A stretch of 63,841 nt of DNA, counting the filler, from Stramenopiles sp. TOSAG23-3 (Eukaryota), in the NCBI GenBank assembly GCA_900128585.1. It is 13 parts of 13 records of this genome, joined end to end, with 100 filler letters (N's around TTAATTAATTAA, not from the genome) between each part and the next. Parts side by side here need not be neighbours in the genome. Positions count along the whole stretch, not along the records: positions 52,659 to 59,126 come from LT643313.1; positions 59,227 to 60,305 come from LT646533.1; positions 60,406 to 61,484 come from LT646534.1; positions 61,585 to 62,663 come from LT646535.1; positions 62,764 to 63,841 come from LT646536.1; 8 more parts are not named here. One strand, written 5' to 3'. Below, one piece after another: positions 53,332 through 63,742 of this stretch. The notes under the pieces are model-generated. The model was not told where the DNA came from, did not search any database, and saw only the letters and a program-made list of their open reading frames with translations. The position numbers and the translations under genes are program-made. Every line of letters starts with the position of its first letter. Positions within the stretch are counted from its first letter, which is position 1.

Positions 53332-53452
53332 ACGTTATCTTATAATTTGTTTTTTACATAAATGTTTAAGCTTCGTAAGTCAACGAATGTGATGCCAATG
53401 TTCTCGGAAGGGAGTTCCGGGCAATAAATTGATAAAAAAACAATTTCTCTCC

Positions 53453-55864
53453 TCAATCTTTTCTTCTGATCGATCCAGACACCCCAGACTCTTGCAATCG
53501 CCGCTTTTGTGCTTTTGCTTGCTGGGCTTTCAGGGCTCTCAAGAGCTCCATTTCTCGTTTCCTGTATTTTTCCAGGCGTTTCTGCAGTTCTACATTCATT
53601 TGTTGCAGCGCAATCACATCGCGCTCCGATTCTCGATCGTCCCGTGCGTTTGAATCTGCAGTTCGAAACTTCCCTGATTCGCCGCTGTTCTTCAGTGATT
53701 TTTCCAGCCGCTGGACACGCATTCGAAGAGAGCTGTTCTCTGCTTTGACCTTCCTGATAAGTTTTTCCTTTGTACCATCGTCCATTTTTCCTTCCTTTGA
53801 GCCCCAAGCATCGTCGCCTTTCTTGTTGGGGTCCCCTTTCTCGGGCCACGGTGTTTGGCGCGACTGATGGACGAATATTTCTTCCAAGTGCTCCAGCTTA
53901 TTGCAAAGGCGTTCGTTTTCGGCCATGACGGCCCGGTATCCCCGTTCGGCAACACTGCCCCGAGCTCGCACTTCCCTATTTTCCGTCTTGAGCCGTTCGA
54001 TTTCGCGACGGTACGTAGAGAGCATTTTCTGCATATTTTCATCGGAGACGTTGTTTTTGCCTCCTCCCGTCTTCGGGGCTCGGGGGGATGGACCGCGGAC
54101 ACCGCGGCCATTTGTTGTAGGAGCCACACCAGGTGGCGGAACAGCAAGTCCCGGTGGCGCCCCACTCGAACCACCTTGGGGGCCCAGTGGTGGAACGTGG
54201 TGCGGTGGAGCCCGGGAGTAAGCGCCGTTGCTGCTGGACGGGCTCATTGGTAGCCCTGGGGGAGCACTTCCCGGGGATCGCGGGGTCACCGTCCCATTCA
54301 ACGGAGTCCCAACCGAACTTCGGCCTGATGTGTACGGGCTACTGGGTACAACACCACCATTGTGGATGGATAGCTGCTGCCGCAAAAAGTCGTTTTCCAG
54401 CCTCAAAAGCTTTACTTCTTGGCGTAGATTAAATATAAGTTGCTCTTTTTGATCCATTTGGATCATTGGCCTATTCTGAATATTTCTCGCGCGCGTTGCA
54501 TAATTCAACGTGCTGAGCGTCTCTTCCATGTACGCTTCGGACGGCGAGCAGCAGGCAACCATCAGCGTCAAGCAGGAACCGCCGAGAGAGTCCATCAGCA
54601 ACTTTGTCAATTTACTGTCACGGTAGGGAACAAACTTTGTGTCCTTCTTCTCATTCTTCTTGCTGCCTAAGGCACTGATGACTTTTCCGAGAGCGAACAG
54701 CGACTGGTTAATCGCCCCCGTCTCCTTCAGGGTAACGCCGTCACTCTGCGTTTGCTTCAGCCGTTCACTCCCAGCCAAATCGACAAAGACCATTTTTCCA
54801 AATTTCACCATAGTGTGCCCATCGTCGGGATCGATCGATTCGCTTTCAAGGTGAAGTGTCAACAAACTGTGACTTCTACTGGAGTCCATATTGAGTTCAT
54901 GAGACCCTACGCGGCGATTCCTGTGGCCTTCTTTCACAACGGCCATGACATCAGATGTATTTTCACATTCAACGACGAACAGATCTTGCACGAAGAAACC
55001 ATTGCGAATGTTCCACCTTACCTGAAGCGGCCCCGACTGCAGATTTAACAAATCGTAGACCTGCTCGTTGTATATTTCCGCGAAAGATGCCCTCACAGAG
55101 TATGTCGTGCCGTTGCCGCTAACTTTGGCAATGTTTTCAAACGCATACCGGACCGAACGTGGTATCAGCCCGTCCCATTGGCTCCCAGACGTTTCGTCAC
55201 TAATTCTTTCCTCGATACCAGAGATTGTAAACGTTTTCCCACTACCAGTTTGTCCATATGCAAACACAGTAGCCGCATACCCGTTCAAAGCGCTATCCAG
55301 AAGGTTACGAATGCCGCAAGTGTCAAAAAATTGCTCCTGGGATGTCTTCGGCAAAAAGCACATGTTGAAGCGGTAGTTCTTAACCGTCTCCCTTCCACCG
55401 CCCCCTGGCGCGCGCAAGGTCACCGCGGTGCCGCTTTCTTCAACGTACAACACTTGCCGGTCGTTCCGATTTCTTTCGTTTTCGTTCATTGGTCGGCAAC
55501 GCACAACAACCCGAACATTGTCGTCATCGTTCAAAGCGGTTTCATTCCACTCGCTACCAGCTGTTGACCCTCTCATAGACCCCGAGAACGACGAGGAAAG
55601 GGATTTCCGTGACATTGGCAACGAGCCAGCACTATTCGGTACCTTCTGGTGCGAACTACCAAGACTTCCCCTATTTTGCATATTCTGATGTACAGGGGGC
55701 ATACCACCCCGGCTTCCAATTTGCTGACTTTGGAGTTGTGCCTGGGCTGGATTCATCTGAGAGTTCGCCTGATACGGACTCCCCATACTCATGGACATTG
55801 GAATACCACCAGCCGCCATGGGCTGCCCTTGGCCCATCATAGGAGCATTATAACCTCGTGACAT
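53453..55864 (-). CDS. Kinesin, KIF12/kinesin-16-like
   Basis: FAYGQTGSGKT, EIYNE, LQVRWNIRNGFFV (KIF12-like), SSRSH, DLAGSE, PYRDSKLT; coiled-coil tail. Confidence 0.9.
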   Translation of the reverse strand: MSRGYNAPMMGQGQPMAAGGIPMSMSMGSPYQANSQMNPAQAQLQSQQIGSRGGMPPVHQNMQNRGSLGSSHQKVPNSAGSLPMSRKSLSSSFSGSMRGSTAGSEWNETALNDDDNVRVVVRCRPMNENERNRNDRQVLYVEESGTAVTLRAPGGGGRETVKNYRFNMCFLPKTSQEQFFDTCGIRNLLDSALNGYAATVFAYGQTGSGKTFTISGIEERISDETSGSQWDGLIPRSVRYAFENIAKVSGNGTTYSVRASFAEIYNEQVYDLLNLQSGPLQVRWNIRNGFFVQDLFVVECENTSDVMAVVKEGHRNRRVGSHELNMDSSRSHSLLTLHLESESIDPDDGHTMVKFGKMVFVDLAGSERLKQTQSDGVTLKETGAINQSLFALGKVISALGSKKNEKKDTKFVPYRDSKLTKLLMDSLGGSCLTLMVACCSPSEAYMEETLSTLNYATRARNIQNRPMIQMDQKEQLIFNLRQEVKLLRLENDFLRQQLSIHNGGVVPSSPYTSGRSSVGTPLNGTVTPRSPGSAPPGLPMSPSSSNGAYSRAPPHHVPPLGPQGGSSGAPPGLAVPPPGVAPTTNGRGVRGPSPRAPKTGGGKNNVSDENMQKMLSTYRREIERLKTENREVRARGSVAERGYRAVMAENERLCNKLEHLEEIFVHQSRQTPWPEKGDPNKKGDDAWGSKEGKMDDGTKEKLIRKVKAENSSLRMRVQRLEKSLKNSGESGKFRTADSNARDDRESERDVIALQQMNVELQKRLEKYRKREMELLRALKAQQAKAQKRRLQESGVSGSIRRKD

Positions 55865-56754
55865 TACTTTTCAGTATGAGAAACAAAAAAGTAAGTCGCC
55901 ACGCAAAATACTAAAGATTAGTGGTGTTCTTATTGCTGTAGAAATTTTTGTTCGTTGTTCGATCTTTCCAACTTTAAACATCGTGATTTAATAGAACAGT
56001 GTGTCTATTACAGTCGTTACACATTATTACAAGTCTTTCATCCAGTTGTTTACAAGGAAGTGTTTTTTCAACAACAAAATAATATAAAATAATATAATAA
56101 TAAAATAAATTATTCTTCCTACTACGTAGTGTACTAAGGTATTATAATAATTTTCATTATTCGTTGCTGCATGCAACCGTATACCAGGTAACCAGGGAAA
56201 TACCACTGTCTCTACGTAAATTGATTCAAAATTATAAAAAAAGAAAACAGTCGCAGCATTACCACACCATAGGGGATCAGAAGCACGGTTATATTATCTT
56301 CGAAATCATCTGTTGTGTTTCCCTTTGTTTATTTAATGTAGAGTAGAGTCCGTAGAACTGTGATGCTGTGATGTGAGAGAGAGGAGAGAGGAGAGAGGGG
56401 AGGCCCCCAGTATATTGATATATATGTATTTAACAATTTTATTACTATATAATATTATAATAGGTAATGCTTTTAATACTATAACTATCATTGAATTGTA
56501 TGTATAGGAAACGATAATTACAATATATATTTTTGTATATAAAAAATGATCTCGTGTATTGTTCTAAATTTAGAAGTTCCCCATGGATTATGTAACGAAC
56601 TATATTTTGTACTTAATATATGTGTTTTGTAGTATAACTATAAATACCTATCAGATGCAATATTTTGGTGAAGGCAAAAAGGCGCAGTTTTGTTTTCGAC
56701 TCAGGATCTCTCAAGTGCTGCTTTTTTGTTTTCGTTTTTCTTTCTATTATATTT

Positions 56755-58215
56755 TTATCCCTGTTGAATGAAGGAGGTCAAGCTTGCTCTAATATCCTGT
56801 TCCCTGCACCCTACATGATTTTCAACGATGTGTGCATCACAATTTGGATAGCAACTGCACATGGTTTGAATGGATTCAGTCATAGCCTGTGCCATATTTG
56901 CCGTTCCTTCTCCAAATGGACCCCCAAAAGGTTCATGCCCCCCGCTGGATAAAGTGAACAGGCTAGGGCACACCGGGCAACAACCATCATTCCCTTTACT
57001 TTCAAACGTCTCCAAGAACGTTGCAGCTGCTGGTTTGAAATCTTTGTATCCTTTACTCGGATACCTATCGGCAGGGCATATTTTACAGCAATGGCCTGTC
57101 TTTGGTACACCCGCTTTCAAACTATTTGCAAAATTGTAGGATGAGGTAAGCGGATTTGCAAGGGAAGCGGGGTCTTGTGCGGGCGCAATAACTGTCCCTC
57201 CACCCTTGCCACCCTTATTGCCTCCCTTCTTTTTGCTGCCGCCTTTGCTTGCTTTGTTTGCCGTAGATTCGTCCATGGCCTCTTTGCTAGTCGCTTTGAA
57301 GCGAAATGTGTCAACGGAAGCGGCGCCTCTCTGCTTCCCGTCTTTTATATCTAAAAATGCGGAGAAATCGTCGAAATCGCTAGGGGCAAAAAACTCTTCA
57401 ACGCACACGTCGCAACAGGGCAGTAGATTATGAATATCGGCACCCGACATGCTATTTTTTGCAGCAGATTCCATGCTACCACCTGCACTTGCTGCACTTG
57501 CCATAGCCATTGCGCCTGGTATCATTTTCTTAGCACGACTATTTGCTTGTTGCGTTTCTTGTATAAACGACAGCACGGTGCCAATGGAATCACTTCGTCG
57601 GTTGTGAGCTTCTTTCCAGACGTGGAAATTTTGCGTCGCATGCTTCTTAACATGATCAGATACTTGAAGCAATGAAAGATCCCTTACAAACTTTTCTGTG
57701 CATGGCTTGCAACAGCCTTTCATGCGGTTCAATGTTGTGTACATATCATACTTCTCGTACGGGTAACAGTTTTTCCCGCCTTCACCATTCGGCTTGCACT
57801 TTTTGGCAGGCGGCTGTGGTGTTTGGGGCATCCCCATCGCGAGCCCTAGGGCCAGGCCGGCTGCCGCGCCCAGCAACCCTCCCTTTGATCCTGATTTCGC
57901 GCCGCCTTTGCTTGCTCCTTTTTTCGTCTTTTTACCGCCTTTGGCCTTTTTGTCTCCCCCCTTCGAACCTCCCTTCGAACCTCCCTTGGCTGGCTTGACC
58001 GCGCCGCCTTTGGACGACCCCTTCCGCGCAACTTGGGATTTTGCGGAACCTGCAACATCGAGAAAACTTAGCCCCTCCCCTTCCGTACTTGATTTCAATG
58101 GGGTTTTCTTGACGTATTCGCTGATCCCATGGGAAAGTGGCAATCGCTTATTAGCTGAAAGTGCCAACGGGTACAAGGTCATTAGAAAGAGTATGTACAC
58201 GGCATGTTTGTACAT
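56755..58215 (-). CDS. Secreted protein with SKGG repeats, four CCxxC motifs and repeated S/T-F-L-E/Q/D motifs
   Basis: Signal MYKHAVYILFLMTLYPLALSA from ATG 58215; GCCKPC, PCCDVC, HCCKIC, GCCPVC. Confidence 0.85.
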   Translation of the reverse strand: MYKHAVYILFLMTLYPLALSANKRLPLSHGISEYVKKTPLKSSTEGEGLSFLDVAGSAKSQVARKGSSKGGAVKPAKGGSKGGSKGGDKKAKGGKKTKKGASKGGAKSGSKGGLLGAAAGLALGLAMGMPQTPQPPAKKCKPNGEGGKNCYPYEKYDMYTTLNRMKGCCKPCTEKFVRDLSLLQVSDHVKKHATQNFHVWKEAHNRRSDSIGTVLSFIQETQQANSRAKKMIPGAMAMASAASAGGSMESAAKNSMSGADIHNLLPCCDVCVEEFFAPSDFDDFSAFLDIKDGKQRGAASVDTFRFKATSKEAMDESTANKASKGGSKKKGGNKGGKGGGTVIAPAQDPASLANPLTSSYNFANSLKAGVPKTGHCCKICPADRYPSKGYKDFKPAAATFLETFESKGNDGCCPVCPSLFTLSSGGHEPFGGPFGEGTANMAQAMTESIQTMCSCYPNCDAHIVENHVGCREQDIRASLTSFIQQG

Positions 58216-59226
58216 GGCAGCAGTGTATGACGTACAAAGCACGTACTCTATTTTAATCACCAACGATAAAAAGACAAGCTATTATTGGGTGTGCGTAAGT
58301 TCTTCACACTGCGTCTTCGTCAGTTTCCTTCTCCAGGTCACCGTGTTATCTTGAACGAAACACGATCTAGTACCGAAAATGCAGTAATCTCTGCGTTTAA
58401 AGTAAGAAATTTTCCCACGGGTCTCATTGTTAAATACACTAGTCATTCTATTATAATAATAATAGCCTTGCGTCAAACCTCCTATTTTAGATTATCACCT
58501 ATTAAGCAGTCTTCAAGCAATCCCCCCCCCTAAAATATACTAAGGAGAAGAAATGTCGAAGTGGTGCTTCACCTGCTCTATTTTTTGTACTTATTGTTTC
58601 TTTACTTTACTCTATATATTCCTATGTGTAATTTCTTTCCATCTCCCTCCTCCTTCTTCTTCGTTTTTTGGAGAAGAGAGAGGCCAGGGCCCAGGGCCAG
58701 GTCCGATCGAATCATATTTCTTTGATGTTTTTTTACAATGTTGTGTTCCTGTTTTATTTGTATTAATATATACATAGCACTTGATACTTACTAACTCTCA
58801 AGTTTCACTTCTTCGCTTTATTTTATTCGAAGTACAGACTCTTCACAGGAAGGAATCAGCTTCAGCCCGTGTGCCCATGGTGGTGGAATCAATCCAAATT
58901 AGATATTACCGTAGAATAGAATCCAAGAAGTAAATTTGAACTTTCAACTTGTTTGTCAAGTTATATTACTATTTTATATTAACACAGCATTAGTGGAATT
59001 AGCCGTACGAGGAGTTCGTACCACCTGGCCTGGGGGGTTTCATTCCTATTTGCTATTTGAGTTGTTGCTTTTCCTAAGTAGAGTACCTGGCACCGTAGTG
59101 TAATAAAATTTCGTCACGGAGCGAGTNNNNNNNNNNNNNNNNNNNNNNNNNNNNNNNNNNNNNNNNNNNNTTAATTAATTAANNNNNNNNNNNNNNNNNN
59201 NNNNNNNNNNNNNNNNNNNNNNNNNN

Positions 59227-60304
59227 CGAAGAATTCCCCGTTGAACGTGATCGTGTCGGCTCCAGCGTTTCCCACAACTACATTTCCGTTCAATGCGACC
59301 GTGCCTGAAACAGTCAACGACGTGAGCGTCCCGACCGAAATTAAATCGGTCGGGTTTCCAACTGTTATGATGGTGCCTGTGGCACTGGGGAGCTTGATCA
59401 CCTTGCTGCTCCCTGTCACAGCTGTCATGACAAGCTTCGTCGTTGCAGTGCTCCCAGTGGTCCCCTCGAACTCGAGGGCCCGAGAGTTGAAGTCGTAGAT
59501 TTTTCCAGATACAGTCAGGCGGTTGCTTCCCGAAGAATCTGTCAGCACCAGGTTTCCGTTCAAATTGACAGTTTGGGCAGTCAGCCCTGTCAGCGTTCCT
59601 GTTGAAGTGACATGCTGCTGGTTGCCAGTGGTTATGACAGTCCCATCCACACCTGGAAGTGTAATGGTATTGTCGGCTGTTGGATCTATTATTGAAACAG
59701 TCGTTTCAAAATCATTTGCTGTCGCCCCCTCGAACACCAGGGGGTTAGCCCCCTGAATTGTGCCCTCCAATTCGACAGTGTCTCCTTCCGCATCGCCAAT
59801 TGTAGTGGTTGTCTGGAAGGTTGTGCTTCCTGCAACTGCCAGCGAGGTTATCGTCCCAAACGAAGTCACATCATTGAGGTTGCCCTCCGAAATGACGGTC
59901 CCTGTAGCATCGGGCAACGTTATGGTTCGGTCGGACCCGAGTGGAGTAGTGACTCCGAGTGTGGTCAGGTAGGTACCGGATGCGCCCTGGAGGGTCAGGG
60001 AAACGCCGGATACCTGTTGCACACGGCCCTGCACTGTCACAAGGTCTGCCGCCGCATTTCCCAACACAGTGTGCTGGTTCACAGTGACCAATCCGCTCAC
60101 TGTGAGGGAGGACAACGTGCCGGTTCGCACGATTTGGCCCCGGTTGCCAGTCGTGATTACTGTGCCATCCACGTCCGGCAATGTGACCTGCCAGTCTGCA
60201 GACAAAGACTCTATAGCGAGGGTTGTGGTGATGGCGTTTCTCGTCGCACCTTCGAACACTATCGGGGATGCCCCTTGCACAGTCCCCGTCCATGTGGATG
60301 TGTC
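59227..60304 (-). CDS. Internal fragment of a Thr/Gly-rich ~87-aa tandem-repeat fibre-like protein (phage tail-fibre-like)
   Basis: Whole contig open; four repeats containing P-L-V-FEGAT...T-I-T-LP-D-x-x-GTVIT-x-GN...GTL-T-SLTV-S-G. Confidence 0.85.
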
Positions 60305-60405
60305 TNNNNNNNNNNNNNNNNNNNNNNNNNNNNNNNNNNNNNNNNNNNNTTAATTAATTAANNNNNNNNNNNNNNNNNNNNNNNNNNNNNNNNNNNNNNN
60401 NNNNN

Positions 60406-60558
60406 AGGAAGAAGGAAGAAGGAAGAAGGAAGAAGGAAGAAGGAAGAAGGAAGAAGAAAGAAGAAAGAAGGAAGAAGGAAGAAGAAAGAAGAAAGAAGGA
60501 AGAAGGAAGAAGGAAGAAGGAAGAAGAAAGAAGAAAGAAGAAAGAAGAAAGAAGGAAG
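60406..60558 (+). repeat. Heptamer satellite (GGAAGAA/AGAAGAA)n, about 21 units
   Basis: Pure-purine tandem array at the contig end. Confidence 0.95.
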
Positions 60559-60593
60559 TCGTCGTCTTTTTTTTTATTTACAACATTTTTTTA

Positions 60594-61484
60594 TTATTTA
60601 TTAAGAACTGGTCGATAATTGACATCCATGGTGTCGGCAATGGGAAGGCCAGTACCGATTTGGGTTTCAGGAACTTTGGAAGTGTCTAAAAACTCAGCGG
60701 TGGCCCCATTCGGCATCATGCGCTGGATCCCTGCGACCCTTTCCTCCTTTTTCCTCTCCATGAGCCGTTCCCTTGGCTCCATGTTGTAGTCGTTCAAAAG
60801 GCGTTGGTGCAAGTTCTGCTTGTTCGGGACAAGGGTTTGAAAATCTTGCCAGTCCTTCGCCGGCGACACCGGCTGGGACGTCTGAAGGAAGGACAGGGCG
60901 AGGGGGTCCACGACGGCCCGTTGCCCCTCCTTCATCTTGGCGATCTCCGTGTTCGCCGTCTGGTCCAAGCGCTTCAGCATCACTTGCTGGCCCGCTTGGA
61001 ACGATTTCGGGCTGAACGCCGCCGGCGCTGCCGCCGCCTGCTGAGGCCGCAGCCCCATCGTCTCCAGCAAGTTCGTCCCTTTCCCCACAGGCTTCCCCTT
61101 CGTCCCTTTCCCCGTGGGCTTCCCCAGCATCCCTTTGTCCTTCGCCGCGTGCAGCGCCGTCCCGAGCTGAGAGAGGACACCAGCGACCTGCTTCGAGGCC
61201 TTGTACTCTGGCAGGTTCCCCACCGCCCCCTGCACCCCCGCCGCCGCCTTGGCGTCGTCCCGCTCGTCGTTGGCGTCGCGGATGGCGTTTTGGACCCGGG
61301 CGACGTTGTTCGACTCCCGGTGCTTCTGGACGGCCGACCGCTCCCGCTCCATCACCTTCAGCTGCTTCTTGATGCGCCAGTTCCGCAGAATGTCCCCCGG
61401 GGACATTTTTCCCTGGTCCATAAACGACAGCGTCGATTTCCTAAGGTTGCCCCCTGCCATTTTCTTCAGCTCCTCGTACGTCTT
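60594..61484 (-). CDS. Hypothetical protein C-terminal part with SFLQ/LLET-type motifs, 5'-partial
   Basis: Frame open from the contig edge to TAA; GC-rich; LSFMDQ, NLLET, LSFLQT, EFLDT. Confidence 0.75.
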   Translation of the reverse strand, partial: KTYEELKKMAGGNLRKSTLSFMDQGKMSPGDILRNWRIKKQLKVMERERSAVQKHRESNNVARVQNAIRDANDERDDAKAAAGVQGAVGNLPEYKASKQVAGVLSQLGTALHAAKDKGMLGKPTGKGTKGKPVGKGTNLLETMGLRPQQAAAAPAAFSPKSFQAGQQVMLKRLDQTANTEIAKMKEGQRAVVDPLALSFLQTSQPVSPAKDWQDFQTLVPNKQNLHQRLLNDYNMEPRERLMERKKEERVAGIQRMMPNGATAEFLDTSKVPETQIGTGLPIADTMDVNYRPVLNK

Positions 61485-61584
61485 NNNNNNNNNNNNNNNN
61501 NNNNNNNNNNNNNNNNNNNNNNNNNNNNTTAATTAATTAANNNNNNNNNNNNNNNNNNNNNNNNNNNNNNNNNNNNNNNNNNNN

Positions 61585-62040
61585 AAAGGGACGCTGCAGT
61601 TATGGGACACCCTGTTGCCTCCCGCATCAGGAAATATATCCTCCTTCCGACCAAAAGACTTCGACAGCGCGGATTGCACGAGCCTTCTATTTTTGCCGTT
61701 TGAACAATTGTTAATTACGGGGTACGGAAGTGGTAGATTAGCGGCGTACGACATTCGTCGACGCGTCATGTTGGACAACCCTGCCTTCGGGAAAAAAGGA
61801 AAGAGGCACAATGCCTCTGTGGTAGACATATGCCATTCTCAAGAGTTGAATTTGTTTGCAACAGCCTCGGCTGATGGGAACATTAAAATATGGGATTCTT
61901 TGTTGCTTGTATTAGTAAAAGATTTAGGGGAGGAATTGCACGACGCTGTGACTTGTGTCAAGTTTACTGGAAAATATTTGTATTCAAGTGGTGTTGATGG
62001 GAAACTGCTGAGGCATGAAATAATAAATTCTGGCTCTTAG
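61585..62040 (+). CDS. DmX-like/Rav1 (rabconnectin-3 alpha) C-terminal WD40 region, 5'-partial
   Basis: LWDTLLPP...QLLITG..G....YDIRRR...H...FATASADGNIKIW mirrors the DMXL C-terminus. Confidence 0.7.
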   Translation, partial: KGTLQLWDTLLPPASGNISSFRPKDFDSADCTSLLFLPFEQLLITGYGSGRLAAYDIRRRVMLDNPAFGKKGKRHNASVVDICHSQELNLFATASADGNIKIWDSLLLVLVKDLGEELHDAVTCVKFTGKYLYSSGVDGKLLRHEIINSGS

Positions 62041-62845
62041 GTTCCTTCCTTAATTAAGGATATAAATATATTAAATGGATCAATTTTTGTACAATTATTC
62101 ATATTAAATAAAATAATATTTAAGAAGGAACATATACAACATATACATACAAACCCTTAATATTATTATATATTTAATCGTTTACTCTCTCGACGAGGAG
62201 GACACTCTTTCTCCTGGAAGAATAATTCGTCGTAAGAAGAAGAAGAGTTGTTATAATTATGTCGATACCATACCGGCGAATAGCGCAAAGAAAGAAGAAT
62301 AAATTAGTTGTTTAGTGGTACTATTAATACACCTATTATTATATTTATAGCTATATAGTATACTTATATTTGACTTAAAGTATATTTTTTTAAAAAAGAT
62401 GTTGGTTGGTGTCAGATGATGATGAATGGCCTTTCTTTTCGGTTTTCGGTCAAGTTGTGTTTCTTCACGACTTTCATTTCCAACTCTATTTGTGTAAGTC
62501 AGTGAACGAATAATTTCATATAAAAAACGAGATTGAGAGTAATAGTTATTTAAAGGGTATACACACATTTAACAATAACGATTTTTCAAAACAATTACTT
62601 AACATGTTTTCACACCTTGCAAAACGCGCGACAACGCAGCTTCGGGCGGCGCAGGCACATACTNNNNNNNNNNNNNNNNNNNNNNNNNNNNNNNNNNNNN
62701 NNNNNNNTTAATTAATTAANNNNNNNNNNNNNNNNNNNNNNNNNNNNNNNNNNNNNNNNNNNNTCATAGTAGCCCATAACAAATAACAAATACATAACCA
62801 TATAGTCTAATTTGTTCCCATTCCGTGTTAGTCACATTGCTCCAG

Positions 62846-63742
62846 GACTGGCTTTCGGACATCGCTGTTGCGCAGCAGACTCGCGAAGCCGTAAAAGATG
62901 GGCAGGGGGCCACACAGAGTGATTTAAACAGGAAAATAGGGGCCATGGGAACATTCGCGCCGAACAACTTTATGCCCGCACAAACCAGACTGCCCAGCAG
63001 AAAATTGTCTTGGCAAAAGGATACGCGACAACCCACTGCCAGAAAAATTGCCGGACGGGTGCTAAATTCGTCGCCGAAGCCAAAGGAACAGGTGCCCACA
63101 AACTTGCACATGAACCACACCGGGACCTGGGTAATCGATAAATCTCGTTCCAAGACAACGCTGGAACCGATGATGGTCGCCCTAGGTGTGTCTTGGGTAG
63201 TGCGAAAGATGGCGCTTGCCATGTCTCCTGAAACAAGGACAAATCATAGTCTTTACAGCATTAACCGCCGAATATATGTCAATGGCAACCCGGTAGATTC
63301 AGAAGCTGATAATCGCTCTTATCCTCTGGATGGTAAAACGTACCACCTTTACGATGACGTGAAGAAAGAAGATATATACATGACCCATTCGTTGTTCCCG
63401 CAGAAAGGTTTGATTGTGTCGGACACGGTCAACAAGACAAAAAACACACGCATTATTGACCATCAAACCGTGCTGCCTGGTGGAAAGGAGATCCACCAGG
63501 TCGTGACAACGTTCAATGGGACGGGCAAAAAACCAACGATATGCGACATCATAAAGGTGAGGACAACGGATGTAATCGTTGGCGGGTTTGAAGATTCGGA
63601 TAACCCACGTGTTGAGAAATTCGTAACACCCAAAGGCTTGGATTTAGTGGAATGGAGAGTAGAAAATGTTCCAAAAGCAAGCGCTCCAATCACGCCAGTA
63701 AAGAGAATGTCCTACATCTCGCATTTCAACCAAGGGTTTTAG
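62846..63742 (+). CDS. Last exon of a protein with a calycin/FABP-like beta-barrel
   Basis: TGTWVIDKSRS...MMVALGVSWVVRKM; putative acceptor CTCCAG ending at 62845. Confidence 0.6.
   Translation, partial: DWLSDIAVAQQTREAVKDGQGATQSDLNRKIGAMGTFAPNNFMPAQTRLPSRKLSWQKDTRQPTARKIAGRVLNSSPKPKEQVPTNLHMNHTGTWVIDKSRSKTTLEPMMVALGVSWVVRKMALAMSPETRTNHSLYSINRRIYVNGNPVDSEADNRSYPLDGKTYHLYDDVKKEDIYMTHSLFPQKGLIVSDTVNKTKNTRIIDHQTVLPGGKEIHQVVTTFNGTGKKPTICDIIKVRTTDVIVGGFEDSDNPRVEKFVTPKGLDLVEWRVENVPKASAPITPVKRMSYISHFNQGF

Noticed and set aside
58760-59126. Possible snRNA/ncRNA (ATACTTAC, TACTAAC, hairpin GTACGA-GGAGT-TCGTAC)
   Set aside because: Only short isolated matches; no convincing U1 or other snRNA continuation or Sm site. 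An Infernal/Rfam search would be needed.
60406-60558. Telomeric repeat at a contig end
   Set aside because: The unit lacks the T-rich/GGG telomere pattern, is heterogeneous and also occurs internally.
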